From a virus: a stretch of DNA of 64,000 nucleotides. The notes beneath the pieces are model-generated. The model did not search any database, had not been told where the DNA came from, and saw only the letters and a list, made by a program, of their open reading frames with translations. The stretch is from positions 32,001 through 96,000 of IMG/VR virus record IMGVR_UViG_3300038393_001027. The stretch is one strand, 5' to 3'. The stretch's first letter is position 1; every line of letters begins with the position of its first letter. Below are positions 57,801-64,000 of the stretch, one piece after another. Made by a program: the position numbers and the translations under genes.

Positions 57801-58147
57801 GCCGCCTTCTTTACGCCCTTGTCAGCGTTGACCGTCTTGGCGGCGTGCGCCTGCTTGATCTCCGTGCGCTTCGCCATGTCAGCCGGAAGCGTCTCCGGGG
57901 CGATGGTGCCGTTGGCCCGGATGTAGATGTGGTGTCCCCGCATGGTGCGCCACTCACCGCCGGGGTACTTCTGCTCTAAGTTGCTCCGATGTTGCGCTTC
58001 GATCTTAGTGGCCGGGGCTGATGCCTTCTTGACTGGGGCCGCCGCCTTCTTCGCCGGGGTCTTGGTCTTTGACGCAGATTTGGCGGGGGCCTTAGCCCCC
58101 GCCTTCTTCGCCGTGACCGCCTTCATCAGGTTGTCAGCGAAACCCAT
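51857..58147 (-). CDS. 2096-aa multidomain protein: basic N-terminus, sigma70-family sigma factor (regions 2-4), SNF2-type ATPase
   Basis: Sigma motifs DLAQE..GLLE, YA..R..RY, IKLP, SLD, region-4 HTH; SNF2 motifs GMGTGKT, DEVH, SGTPMEN, WNP..Q..R.RR. Confidence 0.85.
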   Translation of the reverse strand: MGFADNLMKAVTAKKAGAKAPAKSASKTKTPAKKAAAPVKKASAPATKIEAQHRSNLEQKYPGGEWRTMRGHHIYIRANGTIAPETLPADMAKRTEIKQAHAAKTVNADKGVKKAAKVTAEALKPGKETAKRLQTHKKGTAAAKEKAQKTAARQRKAAEKKRIEESPAIEVASWTRDQKTGENKLTRTKAEGKVIGTGAKYKQGTNTPDTIQQEAAQQVANLKEATGEDFGTLQDKVAEMFGDAQNAGRTHSGDFRLPKIEMAKTASGRQVPRLVREYEGGPIQFERLAHVTEEDFVNRMEGMTRHMAKKFMQSKGLDHVQTYEKISGIDTGYFSDLAQEFRTGLLEGVREWNQNKENGNLERLQALRDPSNYAIARAQQRMSRYGNGMFDQIKLPRELRAPLAMYHQAKSALEKEGKTANRANIGDWLDANKPEWADVKLLKPGKRGEYLTATGDKVAAMESLYHLNKTTSLDRNVTDADHPDKAIAKHEQVAGENDTERQAMAGEVRKAQKAGLNAILNDAGLDKNELAVIQARHGLGSGMRSAELIDFPAVAQALGISHDNARQRYSRGLKKLKDYVTKNPDAVSHIKELVMKGFGLGNTLLKSLFESDLEDALAAYGLDMSVCDWAPTRQIVVKSLDAIADRLGPTEYIMTTVRAHGAEGVILTLGEPILPADSLLEKAISTADFLQKSMGTNGHLSAVDRTRRNQKVREWVRGAGRQRFESHVKDQQGRLSQKSGALTWSEQLLQDNPGSAWITWGGHHILIQGGDNPSILYDSGDADSGYNPESGKHQELDDEGEVRAEHDFHEKTDDVGEELAQQDAASARDAKTAHVTDDVEELRRRFMEHRDQFRSTDDFKQIKEGRRYLPPGYYMATGPNGKRVAFEIKLGKAADKGAKGGEGLTSQLGDVWSIDDAGGKGVSKHESSYGALLGMLYDAKGGQEAYDKVHGTTGGKKGLMLPELMEKWAYGADYADKDTHKLAVLTEDEWSGVLSKTDNAAADVQRKAAKRELSRAEDLVPKVADDGSITFKKRMPDGRIATYHVGADGQLTDPVMRQLLNTSSMPNGIQSQFDLDFAITQSIGRKAWVTISNSQWEAGKGAHHHLQLQFNGLGTPTVVGGPWDGMLYADSADLTDPAQKQKALFKNGKLVEGKTKTTAMKKVAHEEGNGIRFRMKGQSKWQEGVIEHEYVHDGEKTGVMRVRVGDQTFKVSTDNAQLSHVRKRDTLTGSLPLLDWGKDHLVAHVPEAFRQTFTEDLKLPVDKNGQAKMSLAQFDKFREVFGGFTLTDKANEVTNKYLEEQSRPEGFLTKEERAAKYQPAEIVKAGGKKAEALKRLLKEDSKKWTTQQFYDTQLQGVHFLRTRKRGVAGHGMGTGKTQLGVLGIVDKMAEAEAAGLPQKKSVIVAPSGIRSDWLKEFKRHTNVKIAVVGGPSGGRGGMFGTVTPEEDLRAPYLAHSDKSPLDMSTVDHDVIVVSQDFFAKNAHLFTGGDFDTMVLDEVHNLKKPDGSRGTALQDVAGAKGVQNVWGLSGTPMENDPTELWNLVNMGTMGQHGLGSKEEFLNNFFERKGGKVIRVHPDKMEELGKTLAKYVQFRKGEDVGVEFPDIARPEGVVGEPNAFHGAKVPVHPHFNTKVEQLKSGADYNMYTPDLNQLDDFHKNFYERYFKLEKDLMGANELSKLRGDAATGYDNAAGSSATGYLSGVNKLQQFMNAPDAWEALHRHTEYARALKNAGDELDAGAEAAAVAALHTDPKTGFHGVMDGKKFVPLHKNSPMAKWMGERIRKHLGALEELNANRRAAGQPEVPPKIVLSSQYVALGTKVLENVVREIQRDYPKLKHATYTGEDDAVTRDQGAATFNDRNGPNIMIMSSAAKEGKDFGTGQLFLSLDHEWNPQKTAQKVARTRRSDSKGKRAALGADNTVSVESPFLPGTIHNDILNAHDRKVSNIQAVEQATRAAEGFVGDVPAGPGYKAALAGEHKRFGAQKASKADPVEAARRKHESLTRMAADVRKNAQNRYQERTRKVWDPEQRKMVSENYTEMLSTQAWKVHQKNLNRRADQLEAQAARLAEKHGFTQKERELAVAKSFGNLAHVILLRR

Positions 58148-58149
58148 AG

Positions 58150-59946
58150 TCAGACCCTCCTCTGCTTGCCCAATTGGGACGGATGGATGATGAAGAGGGA
58201 TTTCTGGATCCCGTTCTCACCCGTTGTCGGGTTGTAGTAGCGCTGTACACGGGCACCCGCCGCCTCATGGACCGGGCCGATGAGCAGACCGTGCGGCAGA
58301 GCCTGCTCAGCCTTGTAGATGGTCTGAGCGTTCAGGGCGCCCTGCTGGGTCTGTCCCTTGGCTTGCTTGGCGGCCTTACGTGCTTCATAGCCGCCGGATG
58401 CCCCCTGTTGGGACTTCTTCAGGGCGCCGATGTCCTTCCCAGCGGATCCCCATGGGTCGCGCTTGTAGTCAGCATCGGACGGGCGCCTGCTGGCGTCAGC
58501 CTCCAGCGCCCTCAGGAAGTTCTCCTGTGCCTGCTGATCGAAGACGAACCGGGTCCCACCCATGTGCTTGGCGCCAACCTTCTGGAAGTAGGGCGCCGTC
58601 TCCGTCATGGCGTTGATGACAACCTTCTGACCTTCTGCCTTCTCAAAGACAGCCGCCAGTAGGCGGGACCCGGCGCCCGGCTGGACGCTCTCGACCCCCC
58701 GATGACTGGGTGCCGTCTCCAGATACTCAACAACCATGCCGCTGTAGTTCTGGTCAGGATGCATCCGGCAGAAGACAAAGCCTGCCCACTCCCCACCTGA
58801 CTTCAGGCCGATGAAATGATGGGCCTGCTCATAGTGGTCCAAGCTCCCACTTGCCCGGTCGTCAACCAAATCGACCAGCGCCTTGCCGAAGTGTACTGGG
58901 TACTCCCCGGACTCTTCCCAGTCCTCCACAGCCGCGAAGATCTCGTCACCGCTGGGGTTCTCATAGAGTCCGAAGCCCTTCACCTTGTCGTAGGTTGCCA
59001 GTCGCCTACCTTGGGCGCCCTGTTGGGCACTGGAATGGCGGTTGACACCCTTACCAGTCCCGTCCTTCGGCAGGGTTTTCGGGTCGATGCCGCCTTTGCC
59101 GCCATTCACCGGGACCCGGCCCGGCCCGTCCTGTGTCCGGATGGCGCCTGCGGCGCCCTTACCTGACTGGGCGCCCGGCTTCTGCTTCAGGTCGTCATGC
59201 GTCATCATCTGACCCTCTCCGGTCGCCTGCTCTGTTTCCGGCTGGGCCGGGCCGACTTGGTTGTCAGCCGGGGCCTTCCCGTCGAACTTGGCGGCCTCCT
59301 TCTGGGGGTTGGCCGTTTTCTTAACCTGCTTCCACTCGTCTACGTTGCGGTAGGTCTCGTCGAAGATCTTGCCGTCTACCACCCACTGGTCGCCCCGCAG
59401 GCCTTCGACGAGGTAATCCCCGGCCTTGCCGTGCATGACCTCGCCGCCCCGGTTCTCCAGCGTCTTGACGGTGAAAGGCTCAGTCATCTTCTTCGCCCTG
59501 ACAACCTCACTGGGGTCCTTAAAGAACTCCTCCCAGCCGTCATCACCTACAGCAGACCCAGCCGTCTGGCCTCCGCTTCCTGCGCTCTTGTCCGGGCGAA
59601 GATCACCTGATTTCGAACCAGAAGCCATTCGACCTCCGGCCGGGGCGCCCTTGCCTTGGTCCTCATCCGGCGCTTTCTGGGCCATCGACTCTTTTTCCGC
59701 CATGCCACGGCGCCCACCCCCCGCCGACTTCAGCAGGTCCACGGTAGCCAGCGCCTTGATGACGGTCGGGGACCGCAGGTTCATGATGTGGGCCGGGATG
59801 TCAGCCCCTGCCTTCTGCAGATCCTGAATGAGCCGGGCCACAACGTGATCTAGGGCGCCCTGCTCCTCGATCGACTTCACCACAGACGGGGAACGAAGGT
59901 AGTCCACCCGCGCTTCCAGATCTGCCTTGCTCGTGCCTACGGCCAT
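58150..59946 (-). CDS. Multidomain protein with PGDYG-like and GNAT-like domains
   Basis: TLE..GKAGDYLV.G..G..W..IF.ETY; VEYLETAP..RG..GAGSRLL..YFQK.G. Confidence 0.65.
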   Translation of the reverse strand: MAVGTSKADLEARVDYLRSPSVVKSIEEQGALDHVVARLIQDLQKAGADIPAHIMNLRSPTVIKALATVDLLKSAGGGRRGMAEKESMAQKAPDEDQGKGAPAGGRMASGSKSGDLRPDKSAGSGGQTAGSAVGDDGWEEFFKDPSEVVRAKKMTEPFTVKTLENRGGEVMHGKAGDYLVEGLRGDQWVVDGKIFDETYRNVDEWKQVKKTANPQKEAAKFDGKAPADNQVGPAQPETEQATGEGQMMTHDDLKQKPGAQSGKGAAGAIRTQDGPGRVPVNGGKGGIDPKTLPKDGTGKGVNRHSSAQQGAQGRRLATYDKVKGFGLYENPSGDEIFAAVEDWEESGEYPVHFGKALVDLVDDRASGSLDHYEQAHHFIGLKSGGEWAGFVFCRMHPDQNYSGMVVEYLETAPSHRGVESVQPGAGSRLLAAVFEKAEGQKVVINAMTETAPYFQKVGAKHMGGTRFVFDQQAQENFLRALEADASRRPSDADYKRDPWGSAGKDIGALKKSQQGASGGYEARKAAKQAKGQTQQGALNAQTIYKAEQALPHGLLIGPVHEAAGARVQRYYNPTTGENGIQKSLFIIHPSQLGKQRRV

Positions 59947-59949
59947 GGG

Positions 59950-62900
59950 TTACTTCGCCCCCTTCTTGGGCTTGGCGCTGGTGGAAGATTTCTTCGTGGG
60001 TGAAGAAGTTCCCTTCTTAGTAGCCGCCGCTTCTGCCATTTCGTAGCCCGTCTTCTTCGACTTGGTAGTTTTACCCGTTGTGGCGTCTCGGATGATGGGC
60101 TTCTTACCCATTACCGAATCACCGAGAGACCCGCTTCCCTTGCCATAGAGCTTCTCCATGGCCGCCGCGCCCTCAGCCTTGATCTGTGCGTTGCGCTCGG
60201 CGTTCAGTTGGCGAGCCGTCTTGGGCTTGGCGGGAGCCTGCTCGGGCGCCGGGGCCGCCTTACCAGCCTTGACTGGGGCCGCTCCCAGATCCTGTGCCCT
60301 TACCTTGGTCCGGGCCGTCTTCGCCATCTCCGACTCAGACTTGGCCGCCGCCTTGGCGTTCTTGGCGGCCGCCCGCTCGTCAGCCGCCGCCTTGGCCTTG
60401 CTGTAGCTCTCCCGCGCCTTCGCCACGGCGCCTGCATCGGCGCCCAGCATCTCCAACACGTCAGCCACGGTCAGTTTGGAACTCACCTTGTTCGCGTCCA
60501 CAGACCCATCAGACCCGAACACGTCAGCGATGAGCTTCCCCTTGCGCTCCAGCACACTCATCTTGCGCTGGTCAATCGAGTCAGCCATCTCAAACTGCTG
60601 GTGGTGGAAGTTGCTCTCCTGCCCCTGACGGTAGCCTCGGCCCAGCCGCTGTTCCATGGCCGCCGGAGTCCACTCGTAGTCCAGATCGATGTGCATGTTG
60701 GAGTTGGCCTGCAGGTTCATGCCTTCCGTCCCGGCCTTGGTCATCAGGATGACCTTACCTTTGCCCGCGTTGAAGTCGATCTCGGCCTGATCACGGGCCT
60801 TCTTCGACGTCGATCCCTGCACATACAGGAAGTCGCTGTCACGGAAGCCATGCTCAGCCTTCAACTGCTCCTTCAGGAACTCCAGCGTCCGGGGCGACTG
60901 TCCGAAGACGATCGTGCCCTTGCCGCCCTTGTAGTTGTTCTCTTCGTTGGTACGTTCCCAGTTTGTGGCGATCTGGTCAGCCGCCTCCGTGATCTTGGGC
61001 GATGCATACCCCTTGGTCCGGATCTGCTTCAGGACGGGGTTGGCGGCCTTGATGCCCAGCCCTTCCAGCGCCTCCGGGGTGTCGATCAGCCGGGGATCGA
61101 TGGCGATCTGCTCCAGCCGCATAAGCTGGGTCAGCATGTGCATGTCCACCTTGGCGGCGCCGTCCATCCCCTGAAGCTCCTCAAGCATGGACCCGCGCAG
61201 GTTGCCGTAGAGCTTCTTCTGCGAATCGTCCATGTCCAGAACGGCCACATCATGGGTCTTGGGCGGCATGGCGATCTTCACGCGGGGATCCTGCTTCTCC
61301 AACATGAAGAAGTAGGGCGCGATGAGCTTGCGCAGGTTCTCGCGCTCGTTCCCCTTCACGCCGACGACAACCTTGGTCTCGCCGTCACCCTTCAGGTTGG
61401 GGATGGTGTCATACTGGGCAAATTTCTGCACGAAGCGCTTCTTTTCACCCAGTACACCGGGGTTCATGAACTCCATGGCCCGGTAGGTCTCGTCCAGCTT
61501 GTTCATCATGGGGGTTGCTGTCAGCCACCATGTGAACTTCGGCGACATGTGCTCGAAGGCCGCCTTCGACCGGGCGCTCTTGGGATCCTTCAGGTAGTGC
61601 GCCTCGTCGAAGATGGCGATGTCGTTCTGCAGGGCGGCCTTGATCTGGGCGCCCTCGTTGGTCATGATGGCGTAGCTCATGACCACGTAGTCAGCCTTCT
61701 TGGCCTCCTTGTACAGGCGCTTGCGCTCCTCCGGGCCGCCGTCGATCTTCACAACCTTCTTGCCGTCGAAGAACTTGTGGACCTCACGCTCCCAGCCGCC
61801 CAAACGGGACGCTGGGACCACGATGACAGTCGGACCCTTCGCCTTGCCCTCCTGCTTCAGCTTCTCAGCCGCCAGCAGACTGGTCAGGGTCTTGCCCAGA
61901 CCCGTACCGAAGCCCAGAACACCCTTCTCGATGGTGTTCAGGTAGTGCACGCCGGACCACTGGTAGCCATGAGGCTTGATGCCCTTCTTCATGGATTTGA
62001 TCTTGACCGGATCTTCCACCTGCTGGGCCAACTCGCCCGCCTTCGCCCGGTCGCCCTGTGACGTCAACTGCTTGTGCAGGGCCGGATGATCCTTCTTCAG
62101 GGCGTCCAGCGCCGACTGGTCAAAGCTGAACAGCGGGCCGAACTTATCCACCAGCCCGGCCAGTTGCTTGGCGGGGAGCATGTCACCCGGCAACGTCCAC
62201 CGGGGCTTTGGATAGCTGTCGTAGTAGGCGCCTGTCTTGGCAACGGCGTTCTTGAAGCTCCGGTGGGTCTTGTCGTTGTTGTTGTAGCCCACCATCTGGA
62301 TGCGGTAGCTTCCATTTTCGAAGCTGACCGTGGGCCGCAGGCCTCCAGCCTGCTCTTCCTCGATCTGCTTCCGCTTTTGAGCCAGCCATTCAGCCCCTGA
62401 AATACCGCCGGACGGCCCACTTGCGGCCGGGGCGCCCGGCTGGGCCGGACCACCTGCAGGCTCGCCCTTGTATGGGGGCGCCTTGGGGTCATGCCGGAAG
62501 GCGCCCTTGATGTTGTTCTTGAGCAGGTAGCCCAGTGCCTGCCCCGCATGACCGCTGTCGGTCTTGATGGGGATGTGCCAGCCGGGGCTTTCGTCATTCT
62601 CCTTCCAGACGCCGCCCATGGCCTTGATCTGGTCCTTGTGCTCGAAGGTGTTGTTCTTGGCGCCACCCGGCAGAGTCTTTGGGATCACAAGCCAGCCACG
62701 GGCGCCGAAGCCATGTTGCTTCTCAACCTGCTTCAGGATGGCCTCAACCTTGTCACCCATACCAGAGGTGTCCCGAACGGTCGCCGTGGTGCTCGATGAC
62801 GCCTCAGCCATCACCTCGCGGGCCTTCCGGGCGGCCAGCGTGTGATGCTCGTAAGTCATGCCGGGCCATGCGGTCTCGGGCACGATGCGCCCCTTGTGCA

Positions 62901-63027
62901 CGTAGACATGACGCCCGTGCATGGTCACCCAGTGTCCGCCGGGGTACTTGGATGATAGTTCCTCACTGATGCCCTTCAGCAGGATGGCGCCCGGCACATA
63001 GGTGAGACCTTTGATCAGTAGTTGCAA
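59950..63027 (-). CDS. SNF2-family ATPase with two N-terminal HARP/DUF5710-like repeats
   Basis: GTGLGKT, DEAH, TATPMMN, QRLGRGYRQGQ; KDQIKAMGGVW..W and KNAVAKTGAYYD..W. Confidence 0.88.
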   Translation of the reverse strand: MQLLIKGLTYVPGAILLKGISEELSSKYPGGHWVTMHGRHVYVHKGRIVPETAWPGMTYEHHTLAARKAREVMAEASSSTTATVRDTSGMGDKVEAILKQVEKQHGFGARGWLVIPKTLPGGAKNNTFEHKDQIKAMGGVWKENDESPGWHIPIKTDSGHAGQALGYLLKNNIKGAFRHDPKAPPYKGEPAGGPAQPGAPAASGPSGGISGAEWLAQKRKQIEEEQAGGLRPTVSFENGSYRIQMVGYNNNDKTHRSFKNAVAKTGAYYDSYPKPRWTLPGDMLPAKQLAGLVDKFGPLFSFDQSALDALKKDHPALHKQLTSQGDRAKAGELAQQVEDPVKIKSMKKGIKPHGYQWSGVHYLNTIEKGVLGFGTGLGKTLTSLLAAEKLKQEGKAKGPTVIVVPASRLGGWEREVHKFFDGKKVVKIDGGPEERKRLYKEAKKADYVVMSYAIMTNEGAQIKAALQNDIAIFDEAHYLKDPKSARSKAAFEHMSPKFTWWLTATPMMNKLDETYRAMEFMNPGVLGEKKRFVQKFAQYDTIPNLKGDGETKVVVGVKGNERENLRKLIAPYFFMLEKQDPRVKIAMPPKTHDVAVLDMDDSQKKLYGNLRGSMLEELQGMDGAAKVDMHMLTQLMRLEQIAIDPRLIDTPEALEGLGIKAANPVLKQIRTKGYASPKITEAADQIATNWERTNEENNYKGGKGTIVFGQSPRTLEFLKEQLKAEHGFRDSDFLYVQGSTSKKARDQAEIDFNAGKGKVILMTKAGTEGMNLQANSNMHIDLDYEWTPAAMEQRLGRGYRQGQESNFHHQQFEMADSIDQRKMSVLERKGKLIADVFGSDGSVDANKVSSKLTVADVLEMLGADAGAVAKARESYSKAKAAADERAAAKNAKAAAKSESEMAKTARTKVRAQDLGAAPVKAGKAAPAPEQAPAKPKTARQLNAERNAQIKAEGAAAMEKLYGKGSGSLGDSVMGKKPIIRDATTGKTTKSKKTGYEMAEAAATKKGTSSPTKKSSTSAKPKKGAK

Positions 63028-63032
63028 CGTTG

Positions 63033-63998
63033 TTACCCCCTTATGCGTTCCATACGCTTGCGCCGGGCGTAGCTTGTGTGCCCCATCGACAGGTCAGCCA
63101 GCGCCTCTTCTGGGGTCCGGGCGCCCTCGCGTACGTCCCGCGCGGCCTCCAACAACGTTCGACGGTTGCTGTTACCCAGCAAGCTGTGCACCTTAGGACC
63201 AAGCGCCCCAACGGCGTCCTGATGCAGGGCAGTCGGGCTGTTCCAGAAGTCCTTCGGGGTCCGGGCGCCCTTCAGCGTGTCCAACACGTGTTGGGCCGCC
63301 TCTTGATGCATCTGCCAGCCTTCCTTTGTCGGCAGAGGCTGGAAGTACTCGTCATCACCACTGTTTCCGACAACATGCGGCATGTCTTCAGCCTGATCAT
63401 GCAGTGCCTGCAGAACAAACTTCTTCCACGCCACCTTCTCCTTCTTAGCGGCGTCAGCCAACATGGCCCGGCCATGGGCGCCCGAAGCCTTGGCAGGCTT
63501 AACACCAGACACTGCTCCTTGAATCCGGGCAAGCAACCCCTTGGGCGACGTCGCGTCCTGTAAGAACGTCTGCAGGGATGCCAGTTCCGGATGCCCGGTC
63601 ACATGTTTAAGCGCCTTGCCCGCCGCCGCCGACACAGCCGCTACGTCCTTCATGGGTGCCCGACTGAATTCACCCAGCGCCGCATGAAGTGCTGTGGCCG
63701 TCTTCTCTGGGAGCATGTCAGCCGCGTCTGCAATGCTGGCACCCTTACGGAAGAAGGGCGATCGGGATGCCATGTGCTCCAGCGCCATGGCAAACTTGCC
63801 GTGTACAGCGGCTGGTAGGTTGGCGAAAGCCTTGTGTGCGGCCTCTTCGATCTGATGCGCATGATTGAACTGGGACTGATCCGCCTTTACCTTGGCCTCA
63901 CGGGCCTTGGCATCCTGCTGTGCCTCTGCTTCCCGTGCCTTCTGTACCTGCTCGCGGATCTTCTCAGCGACAGACTCCTTTGGTGTCTTATCAGCTTC
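63033..63998 (-). CDS. C-terminal part of a large hypothetical protein (5' end outside window)
   Basis: Frame stays open from the listed ATG at 63788 to the right edge. Confidence 0.75.
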   Translation of the reverse strand, partial: EADKTPKESVAEKIREQVQKAREAEAQQDAKAREAKVKADQSQFNHAHQIEEAAHKAFANLPAAVHGKFAMALEHMASRSPFFRKGASIADAADMLPEKTATALHAALGEFSRAPMKDVAAVSAAAGKALKHVTGHPELASLQTFLQDATSPKGLLARIQGAVSGVKPAKASGAHGRAMLADAAKKEKVAWKKFVLQALHDQAEDMPHVVGNSGDDEYFQPLPTKEGWQMHQEAAQHVLDTLKGARTPKDFWNSPTALHQDAVGALGPKVHSLLGNSNRRTLLEAARDVREGARTPEEALADLSMGHTSYARRKRMERIRG

Positions 63999-64000
63999 AG

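Overview
A 64-kb segment of a large, GC-rich tailed phage (or prophage) with a contractile tail and a Twort/SPO1-like structural gene order. Strong Shine-Dalgarno sites and the lysis genes suggest a Bacillota host. All but one of the credible genes are on the minus strand. In transcription order (right to left): (i) very large putative head-packaged proteins (a partial ORF, a SNF2-type ATPase, a protein with PGDYG-like and GNAT-like domains, and a 2096-aa sigma70-SNF2 fusion); (ii) a lone plus-strand MT-A70 methyltransferase; (iii) prohead protease/scaffold, major capsid, head-tail connectors, sheath, tube, tail chaperones, tape measure, baseplate and fibre; (iv) holin-amidase-holin; (v) a ~20-kb 'early' region of small unknown ORFs in cassettes headed by a repeated TGTCACA-N14-GTGTAC promoter-like motif, containing an AT-rich origin-like locus; (vi) a replication block (dCMP deaminase, SNF2 helicase, Xis-like HTH, SSB-like protein, AEP primase-MCM helicase fusion). 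No terminase, portal, integrase, tRNA, rRNA or CRISPR array was seen. The best candidate new system is a virion-delivered transcription kit: a complete sigma factor embedded in a head-region polyprotein, bounded by hydrophobic-x-K-[S/A/G] putative prohead-protease sites and tagged with a WxTxxGxH motif, paired with eight copies of a non-sigmaA promoter motif in the early region. All calls come from reading motifs by eye; no database searches were run.
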